This document shows positions 38,468 to 47,524 of a stretch of DNA of 52,643 nucleotides, one piece after another. Where the stretch lies: positions 1-52,643 of IMG/VR virus record IMGVR_UViG_3300025137_000058. One strand, 5' to 3'. This DNA is from a virus (taxonomy: Duplodnaviria > Caudoviricetes). The position numbers and the translations under genes are program-made. The notes under the pieces were generated by a model. That model was not told the origin of the DNA. It saw only the letters and a list, made by a program, of their open reading frames with translations, and did no database searches. The first letter of the stretch is position 1. Each line of letters starts with the position of its first letter.

Positions 38468-39531
38468 TATTTACCTTACTAACATTTTTTTCAGCAATAT
38501 TAATATCCGTAATCGCCGCCGGGTATAGTATTATGGGTTTAGCAACATTATTTTCAGGTGCAGTTGTACCTATTATTGCTATGGGTACTGCATTAGAAAT
38601 AGGTAAACTGGTAAGTGCAAGTTGGTTGTATCAAAACTGGAAGAATAGCAATGTATCTGTACTATTAAAAACGTATTTGTTTAGTGCTATTATAGTATTA
38701 ATTTTTATAACATCTATGGGTATCTTTGGATTTCTATCTAAAGCACATTTAGACCAGGTAAAACCTACATCAGGTAACAAAATACAAATAGAGTTGCTTG
38801 ATAGTAAGATTAATGCTCAACAAAATAGAATTGATAGGTCGCAGAAAACTATTAATCAATTAGATAAAGCATTAGATGTTTACATAGAAAAAGAGTTTGT
38901 TACAAGAGGGTTAAGGGAAAGAAAAAAACAAGAACCAGAAAGAAACATATTAAATGATGATATTACAGACGCATCTACCGTCTTAGGTGAACTAATGTTA
39001 GAGAAAAATACTCTTAAAATAGCACAAGATAAAATAGAAGCAGAAGTAGGTCCATTAAAATATGTTGCAGAACTAATATACGGTGATAGTGCAGAAGATT
39101 ACTTTGATTCGGCAGTTCGAATTGTTATCATTATATTAGTATTTGTTTTTGACCCTTTAGCAGTATTATTGCTTATATCAGCAAATATTTCATTATCAGA
39201 ACATAGACAAAGAAAAAGGTTGACAAAAGTAAATGAAAAGGATATACTGGTACAGAGATTAGAAAAAATATCACATTCAGAAAAAATCAAAGATAAAAAA
39301 TTGAGAGAGTTAAGAAAAAAAGAAAGAGATTATAAACAGTTTGTACATAAGTTAGGTGCAAAAGAATTATCAGATTTAAATGCTGATGAGATAAAAGTTA
39401 AATTAGACCAGATTATGGATTGGAATGAACAAGCAGACAATCAAAAACCACAAGACATATCTGAGCAATTTAAACCTAAAAAATATTTGGAGGTAGATAA
39501 TGACGGACTTAATAGAAAAAAGAATAAGTAG
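38464..39531 (+). CDS. Membrane-anchored coiled-coil protein
   Basis: Several TMs; ITSMGIFGFLSKAH; EVGPLKY; VFDPLAV. Confidence 0.7.
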   Translation: MIFTLLTFFSAILISVIAAGYSIMGLATLFSGAVVPIIAMGTALEIGKLVSASWLYQNWKNSNVSVLLKTYLFSAIIVLIFITSMGIFGFLSKAHLDQVKPTSGNKIQIELLDSKINAQQNRIDRSQKTINQLDKALDVYIEKEFVTRGLRERKKQEPERNILNDDITDASTVLGELMLEKNTLKIAQDKIEAEVGPLKYVAELIYGDSAEDYFDSAVRIVIIILVFVFDPLAVLLLISANISLSEHRQRKRLTKVNEKDILVQRLEKISHSEKIKDKKLRELRKKERDYKQFVHKLGAKELSDLNADEIKVKLDQIMDWNEQADNQKPQDISEQFKPKKYLEVDNDGLNRKKNK

Positions 39532-39634
39532 AGCAGAAAAGGCGAAAGCAAGGTGTACTGACACCGATATGATAAACTTTTGGGATAGAGTTATAAAGTA
39601 TTTTGAAAATAAATTAGAGAGGACATATCATTAA
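39500..39634 (+). CDS. Small hypothetical (absent from ORF track)
   Basis: Manual translation MTDLIEKRISRAEKAKARC..FWDRVIKYFENKLERTYH* (44 aa); SD GGAGG. Confidence 0.6.
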   Translation: MTDLIEKRISRAEKAKARCTDTDMINFWDRVIKYFENKLERTYH

Positions 39635-40230
39635 TGAATATATTTTACCTAGATAGATGTCCCGTAAAATCAGCAGAGATGTCCTGTGATAAGCACGTTG
39701 TTAAAATGATATTAGAATCAGCACAACTATTATGCACAGTGCATAGAGTATCTGATGGTACAGAGTATTATGATAAGACTGCTAAAGGTAGAAGGATAAA
39801 AAGATGGAAGCACCCAAATAGTAATCTAGAAGCAACATTATATAAAGCAGGTTGGTTAAAACACCCTAGCACACAATGGTTATTTGAAAGTCCATTTAAT
39901 TACGTTTGGTTGTATGAACATATGATGGCGTTAAATGAAGAATACAAAAAAAGATACAATCATACAAAAGACCATATAACAATACAAAAACTAGGAGAAG
40001 TGTTAAAATCATTACCTGTAAATTTTGAGAATGAAGATGCATGGGAAACAGAACCATTACCTGCAATGCCTGAATATTGTAAAATAAAAGGTGATGCAGT
40101 AGCATCTTATAGGAAGTATTACATTATGGAGAAGAGAAGATTTGCAACTTGGAAATCACCTGCTAAAATACCTGACTGGTATTTAAAAGGTATTAATAAT
40201 ATAAAGGAGAAAGAATGTCAAAGTCAATGA
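39634..40230 (+). CDS. Pyrimidine-dimer DNA glycosylase/endonuclease V-like protein
   Basis: MNIFYLD..CDKHVVKMILESAQLL; HPSTQW; PAMPE; YRKYY. Confidence 0.8.
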   Translation: MNIFYLDRCPVKSAEMSCDKHVVKMILESAQLLCTVHRVSDGTEYYDKTAKGRRIKRWKHPNSNLEATLYKAGWLKHPSTQWLFESPFNYVWLYEHMMALNEEYKKRYNHTKDHITIQKLGEVLKSLPVNFENEDAWETEPLPAMPEYCKIKGDAVASYRKYYIMEKRRFATWKSPAKIPDWYLKGINNIKEKECQSQ

Positions 40231-40457
40231 GAAATGATATGCTTGATGCAGTAAGAATGTCTTGTGAAGGACAATTACAAGCACATAAAATAAACGTAGA
40301 AATTTATTTAAATAAATCAATAGGTATTGGTGAACATAGTGATATCATACAAACTGTTATAAAAGAATTAGAGCAAGTGGCGAAGTATGAAGAACTATTG
40401 AATACTTTAGAAAATCATTTTAAAAAAGAAGAAGTTTACATAGATGAAATTAAGTAA
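40215..40457 (+). CDS. Conserved small phage protein
   Basis: NVEIYL..GIGEHSDI motif. Confidence 0.65.
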   Translation: MSKSMRNDMLDAVRMSCEGQLQAHKINVEIYLNKSIGIGEHSDIIQTVIKELEQVAKYEELLNTLENHFKKEEVYIDEIK

Positions 40458-41496
40458 GATACCTGGTTTAGGTAGATTTGGCATATACGTTGATGATTTA
40501 AAGATTGAAGATTTGAATAATGATAGATGGTTACTATTAGGTGAAGAACACCTAAAAGGTTTAGTAACCATTATTCGTGATGTTAAATTCAAAGATGCAG
40601 GTGAGTATAAAAAGTGGATGAAGAAATGGGGTAATCCACTTTATTTACCCATGTTAGCATTAAAGAAAAAATACAACATCAAAAAGTGGACTGCTTATGA
40701 TTTCTTTAAAATGGATAAAGAAGATAAAAAGTATATAGAAGATGTTAAAAGAATGGTCGTATCAGCAGATGGTAGATTTAATAGTGTGTTGAGAGTTACA
40801 GAGAACAGAACATCTGATGATAAACCTATGGGTCTATTTGGTAGAGGTGATTTAGAATGGCACTGTAATGATGGTGGACTGCTATATTCTATTCCTGGTA
40901 TATCATTATGGGGTCAAAGAAATATGACCAATAGTAGCACAGGTTTTATGACAACAGTTGATTGGTATGAGGAACAACCTGAGAGTGTTAGAAAAGAATT
41001 AGATGATGCAATTGTGATTCACAAATATTCATCACAACAAGTTAATCCAGATGGTGAAAAATATGATGATGAGGTTGTAAGCAGAAACGTATTCTGTGAT
41101 GGTAATATAGCATCAAAATTACATAATGATGAAAACCTACCAGAGATACCTTTGGTTAGAAAATCTTTATACGGATATCGTGGTATACATTTAAGCACAT
41201 CATGTTATCAAATCGTAGGTTTATCAGTAAAAGAATCACAAAAGTTTTTTGACCATTTACGAAAGTCACTGTTTCAGGAGAAATATACTTACAGACATAA
41301 ATATAAGAAAGACAATGATTTATTGATTTTTGATAATACCATTACGTTACACAATAGAGAAGGTAAAACTAAGGATAGATTAGCATTTAGAATACCTAAC
41401 GATTATTCTAAATTAAGACCTGAGTATAATCCTTACATTCAAGAACCATATAAATCAGATTACGCAATAATAAAGGAAAATTATGCCAACATATGA
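40444..41496 (+). CDS. TauD/TfdA-like dioxygenase
   Basis: LEWHCND; TGF; DLLIFDNTITLHNR; R near C-terminus. Confidence 0.75.
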   Translation: MKLSKIPGLGRFGIYVDDLKIEDLNNDRWLLLGEEHLKGLVTIIRDVKFKDAGEYKKWMKKWGNPLYLPMLALKKKYNIKKWTAYDFFKMDKEDKKYIEDVKRMVVSADGRFNSVLRVTENRTSDDKPMGLFGRGDLEWHCNDGGLLYSIPGISLWGQRNMTNSSTGFMTTVDWYEEQPESVRKELDDAIVIHKYSSQQVNPDGEKYDDEVVSRNVFCDGNIASKLHNDENLPEIPLVRKSLYGYRGIHLSTSCYQIVGLSVKESQKFFDHLRKSLFQEKYTYRHKYKKDNDLLIFDNTITLHNREGKTKDRLAFRIPNDYSKLRPEYNPYIQEPYKSDYAIIKENYANI

Positions 41497-41788
41497 TTTT
41501 GAAAATACAAAGACTGGTAAAGTTTTTGAGAAGTTTATTTCTATTTCTGACAAAGAAAAGTATTTAAAAGATAATCCAGATATAAAACAATGTGTTTCTG
41601 GAATAAATATAGTAGGTGGAGTTTCTGGTATATCATACAAATCTGATAGTGGTTGGAATGATAATTTAACTAGAATTGCAGAAGCACACCCACAAAGTAA
41701 TTTAGCAAAAAATCAATTAAGAAGAAGCACAAAACAAGTTAAGACTGAAAATGTCTTAAAAAAACATAGAAAGAGAAACAGATGGTAG
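41483..41788 (+). CDS. FmdB-like protein (degenerate zinc ribbon)
   Basis: MPTYDFENTKTG..YLKDNP; the Cys ligands are missing. Confidence 0.55.
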   Translation: MPTYDFENTKTGKVFEKFISISDKEKYLKDNPDIKQCVSGINIVGGVSGISYKSDSGWNDNLTRIAEAHPQSNLAKNQLRRSTKQVKTENVLKKHRKRNRW

Positions 41789-42183
41789 ATATTCCAGATT
41801 ATATGCGAGGGTTTGATTTAGATGAAGATTATGGATTTACTACTGTCCAAGCAAAACCAAAAACAGAAACATCTGTTGATAAGAAAGTGGTGGAAAATAC
41901 TAACATAGAATTATCAAAAGTAAAAAACGATTTATCAGATTTAAAATCAATGATGAACGAAGTATTACAAGTGGTTGCAGAAAAAGATGATATAACAAAA
42001 GAGATAGAAGATACAGAAGTTCTTAAAAGATTTAAAAGCATAGAAAAAGTCATATTACCATTTTTATATAATCTGAGTAAAACAGATGAACCTTACATAC
42101 ATTGGCCTAATAGAGGTCCTATTATAAAAGCACAAATAGATAAGATATTAGAATTAACAAGAGGTAGAGATGGAACTAAGTAA
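41782..42183 (+). CDS. Conserved T4-like hypothetical
   Basis: DYGFT; ILPFLYNL..YIHWPNR. Confidence 0.65.
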   Translation: MVDIPDYMRGFDLDEDYGFTTVQAKPKTETSVDKKVVENTNIELSKVKNDLSDLKSMMNEVLQVVAEKDDITKEIEDTEVLKRFKSIEKVILPFLYNLSKTDEPYIHWPNRGPIIKAQIDKILELTRGRDGTK

Positions 42184-42679
42184 AAACTTTACATTAAGAG
42201 AGATGACAAGGTCACAAACTGCTACTAGAAAAGGACTAGATAATAAACCTTCTGGAACCCACGAAGCAAATTTAGTATTACTTTGTCAAAACATATTACA
42301 ACCATTAAGAGATTATTATGGTAGACCTTTAAGAGTAACATCTGGTTATAGAAGTCCAGAATTATGTGTTGCTATCGGGTCATCAATTAATTCACAACAC
42401 GCAAAAGGTCAGGCGGCGGATTTTGAGATACCAGGTGTATCAAATAAAGATTTAGCAGAACACATCAGAGATAATTTAAGTTTTGACCAATTGATATTAG
42501 AGTTTCATAGTCCAGTAGACCCTATGAGTGGTTGGGTACATTGTTCTTTTAATAACAAAGTTGAAAATAGAAAAGAATTTTTAAGAGCATATAAAGATAA
42601 TGGTAAAACAAAATATGAAATGTATAGTAATGAAGTATTTGCAACTGAAAGTGATATAGTGAGTGGTTCAAAAAAATAA
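42170..42679 (+). CDS. Peptidase M15A (possible endolysin)
   Basis: LSKNFTL; SGYRS; SQHAKGQAAD; DQLILE; WVH. Confidence 0.88.
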   Translation: MELSKNFTLREMTRSQTATRKGLDNKPSGTHEANLVLLCQNILQPLRDYYGRPLRVTSGYRSPELCVAIGSSINSQHAKGQAADFEIPGVSNKDLAEHIRDNLSFDQLILEFHSPVDPMSGWVHCSFNNKVENRKEFLRAYKDNGKTKYEMYSNEVFATESDIVSGSKK

Positions 42680-43049
42680 AACTGATGACCATTTTATTGA
42701 AGAAGATGATTATGTATATGCAGGCAATCATTTAATAGTAGACATATATGGTTACGATAAAGAGTATAGAGATTTTAATCATCTATTAGCAAAAGCATCA
42801 CATCTTGCAGGTGCTAAATTGCTCTACTCATATACACATGATTTTGACAATGGTGGTATTACAGGTGTCGCCATATTAGCAGAATCACATATATCATTTC
42901 ACACTTGGGCAGAGAGAGATTATATTGCATTTGATGTCTTTATGTGTGGTGACACACAACCATACAAAGCAATTAATTTTATCAAAAAAGAATTGAAAGC
43001 AGAAGACGTGAAAATTAAAATAATTAAAAGAGGTAAAATTGCAAAGTAG
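42663..43049 (+). CDS. speD: Pyruvoyl-dependent AdoMet decarboxylase-family proenzyme
   Basis: GNHLIVD; GITGVAILAESHISFHTW; DVFMCG. Confidence 0.85.
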   Translation: MVQKNKTDDHFIEEDDYVYAGNHLIVDIYGYDKEYRDFNHLLAKASHLAGAKLLYSYTHDFDNGGITGVAILAESHISFHTWAERDYIAFDVFMCGDTQPYKAINFIKKELKAEDVKIKIIKRGKIAK

Positions 43050-43407
43050 TTGGGGTTTCCATTTGATATTAGATTGTAAAGGTAGTAAAATGTCTAAAGA
43101 GTTAGTCAAAGATGCTAAATTTATAAAGGAGTTTACAAAGATTTTAGTAGATGGTATTGAGATGAAAGCATATGGTGAACCTATTATAGAACACTTTGCA
43201 ACGCACGAAGAAAATGCATCAGGTTATAGTTTGGTGCAATTAATAGAAACATCAGCAATCACAGGTCACTTTTGTGATATCAATGGTGATTTTTATTTAG
43301 ATATTTTTAGTTGCAAGAGTTTCAGCATTGACATTGCAAAAGAAATAGTGTATAGTTACTTTAAACCTAAATTAATAAGAGAAACATTTTTAACTAGACA
43401 GGCATAA
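43039..43407 (+). CDS. Second, divergent AdoMetDC-family protein
   Basis: WGFHLILDC; GYSLVQLIETSAITGHF; YLDIFSCK; TTG start after SD GAGG. Confidence 0.75.
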   Translation: MQSSWGFHLILDCKGSKMSKELVKDAKFIKEFTKILVDGIEMKAYGEPIIEHFATHEENASGYSLVQLIETSAITGHFCDINGDFYLDIFSCKSFSIDIAKEIVYSYFKPKLIRETFLTRQA

Positions 43408-43411
43408 TATA

Positions 43412-44098
43412 ATGAAATTTAATTTTATAGACATAGACAAGAGTGTATTACCTACTGCAAAAGGTAGAAGAAAAGGTAAGTATCGTTTTTATGAAGTAAA
43501 TGGTACAAACTATCCAAGTGTTACATCCGTTCTAGGTGTAAGAAAGAAAGTAGAACTTCAACAGTGGAGAGATAGAATTGGCGAAAATGTTGCTAATTGG
43601 GAAATGGGTAGGGCGGCAAGACGTGGTACTGCAACACACAATCTTATAGAAAACTACATCAAAGGTGAACCACTCACAGAAAAGAGTGTACTACCTTTAG
43701 GTTTATTTAAGTTAATGAAACCTTATGTTGATAAGATAGAGAATATACATTGTTTAGAAACAGTATTATATTCTAGTAAGTATAAATTAGCAGGTCAAGT
43801 AGACTGTATTGCAGAGTATGATGGTGAATTATCAGTAATTGATTTTAAGACTGCTAACAAAGAACGAAAAGTAGAGTGGATTGAAAACTATTTCTTACAA
43901 TGCACTGCATATGGTTTAATGTATGAAGAATTATTCGAAAAACCTATAAAGAAGATAGTTTTAATCATAGGTGGTGAAGATGGTTCTATGGTGACTCATG
44001 TAAGAAATAAAGAAGATTACATACCTAAATTAGAAGAAGTCGTAGAAGACTTTTATAAGATGTTTAATCTGGAGTATAATGAGCAACAACTTTCATAG
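43412..44098 (+). CDS. PD-(D/E)XK exonuclease
   Basis: YPSVT; RGTATH; AGQVDC; IDFKT; YFLQ..AY. Confidence 0.88.
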   Translation: MKFNFIDIDKSVLPTAKGRRKGKYRFYEVNGTNYPSVTSVLGVRKKVELQQWRDRIGENVANWEMGRAARRGTATHNLIENYIKGEPLTEKSVLPLGLFKLMKPYVDKIENIHCLETVLYSSKYKLAGQVDCIAEYDGELSVIDFKTANKERKVEWIENYFLQCTAYGLMYEELFEKPIKKIVLIIGGEDGSMVTHVRNKEDYIPKLEEVVEDFYKMFNLEYNEQQLS

Positions 44099-44726
44099 AT
44101 ACATCAAATTGCCTTTCGATTTTATAAAACCTTCTGAAACTATGAGAACAATGAGTTCTGAACAAGAAGAAAAAACTTCTATATGGGATACAGAGAAAAA
44201 AGGTAAAACAGATGTATACAAATTCAATATACCAGAATTAAATGAAAATGTAAAATCCTTCTTAGATGACTATGATTTGTTTTATAATACAAAATTAATG
44301 TTTTATACAAGTCCTAAAGACAGGATAAATATTCATGTTGATAGCAACAAAGATGCAAATTATTTAAACGATACAAAGAACTATTTTGATAACCATGTTA
44401 AACTAAATTATACTTGGGAAAATGAAAATAGTTCTTTGAGATGGTGGAAAACAGAAGATAATAATAATCTGAAGGTAGATACACATACTTATGAAAATGG
44501 TAAGACATGGAAGGTCATATGGGCAGAAGAGGGTAAATGTCAAATGATATATGAAAAACGAATTGATAAACCAAGTATTGTAAATACAGGAATGTTACAT
44601 TCTACAAATAATCCATCAAATAAAGAGAGGATTACATTGTCATACAATTTAGTTAAAAAAGAAAACTTACAACTTTTAACTTTTGATGAGATAGAAGAGG
44701 TTTTTGGAGATTTATTATATGAATAA
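44079..44726 (+). CDS. Putative 2OG-Fe(II) oxygenase-fold protein
   Basis: IHVD..KLNYTW..PSIVNTGMLHS..RITLS. Confidence 0.6.
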   Translation: MSNNFHRYIKLPFDFIKPSETMRTMSSEQEEKTSIWDTEKKGKTDVYKFNIPELNENVKSFLDDYDLFYNTKLMFYTSPKDRINIHVDSNKDANYLNDTKNYFDNHVKLNYTWENENSSLRWWKTEDNNNLKVDTHTYENGKTWKVIWAEEGKCQMIYEKRIDKPSIVNTGMLHSTNNPSNKERITLSYNLVKKENLQLLTFDEIEEVFGDLLYE

Positions 44727-45429
44727 GTACCATAGATACATAAACGTACCTTTCGAACTAAAAGAACCACCTTTAAATCGTTATGCTGATGATGAAGAGT
44801 TCAGAGTTAAGGGTAGATGTGGATTAGACCAGTGCAAAGACAGATGCGAGTTCGCAAATATTAATGCTTGTTACGACCAAGATTTTTTTAAGTGGTTGAA
44901 ACTATCATTAAAAGTGAATGAGGATAAAGTTCAAGATTTTTTAGCAGAATATGGTTTGTTTAGTGATAATATATTATATTTTATTACCAAACCTGATGAT
45001 AAGATGATTGTGCATATAGATAATAATAAAGAAGAATATTATCTTGCAGAAGAAAGAAAAATAGAAGATTACTTAGATGACCATGCTAAGATTAATTTCA
45101 CTTGGGGACCTAAAGAAAGCACAATGCGTTGGTGGTCAAGTGATAAAAAAGATATTAGTATAGAAAGTGATGTTGATGAAGACGGTAATGATTGGAAATT
45201 AGTTATAGGTAACGAGAAGAAAAGTAAACTACTGTACGAGAAATCGATTTATAAACCAAGTCTTGTAAATGCAGGAGTTTTGCATTCCGTTTACAATCCA
45301 TCAAAAATAGAAAGAAGAATAACACAATCTTTTAATATAGTAGACAAGAGAAAAATAAAGTTAGTATCTTTTCAAGATGCAGTTGAAATATTTGATAAAT
45401 ATATAACGGAACAAGAGGAAATAGCATGA
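44719..45429 (+). CDS. Putative 2OG-Fe(II) oxygenase-fold protein (tandem paralog)
   Basis: VHID..KINFTW..PSLVNAGVLHS..RITQS. Confidence 0.6.
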   Translation: MNKYHRYINVPFELKEPPLNRYADDEEFRVKGRCGLDQCKDRCEFANINACYDQDFFKWLKLSLKVNEDKVQDFLAEYGLFSDNILYFITKPDDKMIVHIDNNKEEYYLAEERKIEDYLDDHAKINFTWGPKESTMRWWSSDKKDISIESDVDEDGNDWKLVIGNEKKSKLLYEKSIYKPSLVNAGVLHSVYNPSKIERRITQSFNIVDKRKIKLVSFQDAVEIFDKYITEQEEIA

Positions 45430-45989
45430 CTTCAAAAACAGTAAAATACACAGTATATGAGAATACAGAAGCACCAACAACTTGGAGTAATAGTGATAAT
45501 GATGTTACAGTTGTAAATGACGGAACTACGCACATTGTTATTAGTGATTTAGACCACACTACTTCTAGAAGTGGTAATGTAGTTAGACAAGGTACATTTG
45601 ATTTAGACTTAACAAAAGATACTACTCTTAATTCAAAATTTTTTACTAATATTGGTGGTGAAGAAATTGTATCAACATTTAATGTTGTAATATCACCTCA
45701 AGGCGGTACTAGTTATAATCTTGTAGCAAAATATGTTGATGAAACAGATTCAACAACATTAGAAGATGCAGTAGAAAATGATAGTTTTGATGATTGGTGT
45801 AAATTTAAAATAAATGGTGTAACAAAGCATACATTAGATTCATTAAGTGTGGGTGAGCAACAATTAGGAACTCATGCACATACATGGAATGGGTCTGATG
45901 CATTATCAATCGAATATGAGGCAAGTCAAAGAAATATTGATGACTCATCATATCAAACAGCATTTAGTGTAAAATTTGACATAACCTAA
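45426..45989 (+). CDS. T/S/D-rich hypothetical
   Basis: 187-aa ORF with beta-rich composition. Confidence 0.55.
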   Translation: MTSKTVKYTVYENTEAPTTWSNSDNDVTVVNDGTTHIVISDLDHTTSRSGNVVRQGTFDLDLTKDTTLNSKFFTNIGGEEIVSTFNVVISPQGGTSYNLVAKYVDETDSTTLEDAVENDSFDDWCKFKINGVTKHTLDSLSVGEQQLGTHAHTWNGSDALSIEYEASQRNIDDSSYQTAFSVKFDIT

Positions 45990-46003
45990 ACTAATTTATT
46001 ATT

Positions 46004-47137
46004 ATGAGATTTGATGGATTAATACCTGGTTATCAGGTGGATGTGAATGTAAATAATAAATCTTCAGTAAACAGATATTGGGATTATGGTAGAATTGTTG
46101 ATGGTAAGAAACAATTAGACCCACATTTACATTATGGTTGTTATCTTCTAGGATATAAACAATTAGATTTTATAACAAAAACACAAATACAGATGATACT
46201 ATCTGAACTACCAGAAGTTGGTGAGAACTTTCTATCTTCAGATGAACTATATCTAAACAGTAGAAGTTTTGAGTTAGCAACAAAAATAAAAGAGATGAGT
46301 GGTGGATTTAAAAGTTTCTATGCACTATCAGGTAGTGATGCAAATGAAGGTGCTATCAAATTAGCATTTGCATATAATCAGAAAAAAGGTAATGATAAAA
46401 GAAAAGTCATATTAAGTTTTGATGGTAGTTATCACGGTTCTACATATCTAACTCAATCAGTCGGTAATACTTTATTTAATGAAGACCCATTTTATGGAGT
46501 ACCAAAATATAATTGGAGTAGAATAATTGATAGAAATGATGACATTACAAAAACAGTTGATTTAGAAAAAGTAGCATGTATTATAGTAGAAACACATACT
46601 TATGCTAAGAAATTAAAACCATATACAGAGAAGTTTTGGAAGAATTTAGAAATCATTAGAATCATGTACGATATTCCTATAATTGTAGATGATATATTCA
46701 TGGGTGGTGGTAAATTAGGTAAGTTCTTTGGTTGGGAGACAACATCATTTAGACCTAGTATATTTACAATGGGTAAATCAATCACTGGTGGTCATTTTCC
46801 ATTATCAATGACTTGTTATGACAGTTATATTGATGACGCATTAGGTGATGATTTTAATTGGGACCATGGATATACATATTCTTTTTATCAACCAGGTATT
46901 ATGAGTATGTTATACTATCTTGAAAAATTAAACTTTGATAATTTTGATAAAATTAGAAAAACAGTCACAGAAATATTTGAGAAAAATGACTTTGAAATAC
47001 AAGCAAATGCTGGTATTATTTTTAGCACTAAACGAGAAAAACCATATCATCTAATAGCACCTTTAAATGCTACTGATGAATATTATGACGTGTTAAATAC
47101 AACATTGACAAATTTAAAAGAAAGTGTTATAACATAG
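46004..47137 (+). CDS. Class III PLP aminotransferase
   Basis: SGSDANEGAIK; SYHGST; IVDDIFMGGGKLG; MGKSITGG; HGYTY. Confidence 0.85.
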   Translation: MRFDGLIPGYQVDVNVNNKSSVNRYWDYGRIVDGKKQLDPHLHYGCYLLGYKQLDFITKTQIQMILSELPEVGENFLSSDELYLNSRSFELATKIKEMSGGFKSFYALSGSDANEGAIKLAFAYNQKKGNDKRKVILSFDGSYHGSTYLTQSVGNTLFNEDPFYGVPKYNWSRIIDRNDDITKTVDLEKVACIIVETHTYAKKLKPYTEKFWKNLEIIRIMYDIPIIVDDIFMGGGKLGKFFGWETTSFRPSIFTMGKSITGGHFPLSMTCYDSYIDDALGDDFNWDHGYTYSFYQPGIMSMLYYLEKLNFDNFDKIRKTVTEIFEKNDFEIQANAGIIFSTKREKPYHLIAPLNATDEYYDVLNTTLTNLKESVIT

Positions 47138-47138
47138 T

Positions 47139-47315
47139 ATGACAAAAGATAGTTTTGGAAATTTCTCTAATCATATCATTAAGATTGATTGGGCAAAAAT
47201 AGAATGCTCAGGACAAGATAATAGTCACCCGAAGGTTTACTATCATCTTAAAGTAGGCGAAACAAAACAATGTGCATATTGCAACTTAACCTGGAAGAGA
47301 ATAAAATTATTATGA
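47139..47315 (+). CDS. zf-CHCC zinc-finger protein (absent from ORF track)
   Basis: Manual translation ..IECSGQDNSHPKVYYHL..KQCAYC.. (58 aa); C-x6-HP-x-VY..CxYC pattern. Confidence 0.8.
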   Translation: MTKDSFGNFSNHIIKIDWAKIECSGQDNSHPKVYYHLKVGETKQCAYCNLTWKRIKLL

Positions 47316-47524
47316 ATAGTGTTACATTTTATAGTGAAGTAGAAAAGATTAAAAGACAGAAACGAGATATGACATATATGGACGCAGTTGTTTTTTATTG
47401 TGAAGAAAATGATATAGAGATAGAAACTGTAGGTAAATTTATATCAAAAGTTTTAAAAGAAAAGATAGAATCAGAAGCAAGAGATTTAAACTTCTTACCA
47501 AAAGTAGGAAAATTACCTATATGA
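47312..47524 (+). CDS. gp33: Late-transcription coactivator
   Basis: YMDAVV.YCEEN.IEIE..LKEKIE.EA..LNFL; ATG overlaps the zf-CHCC stop. Confidence 0.85.
   Translation: MNSVTFYSEVEKIKRQKRDMTYMDAVVFYCEENDIEIETVGKFISKVLKEKIESEARDLNFLPKVGKLPI

Noticed and set aside
39105-39111. Additional TGATTCG, plus reverse-strand CGAATCA copies (e.g. 26261, 32024)
   Set aside because: These lie inside coding sequence and not next to a -10 element, so they were treated as background.
43030-43049. Programmed frameshift fusing the two SpeD-like ORFs
   Set aside because: No clear slippery heptamer or stimulatory structure; the second ORF has its own SD and TTG start.
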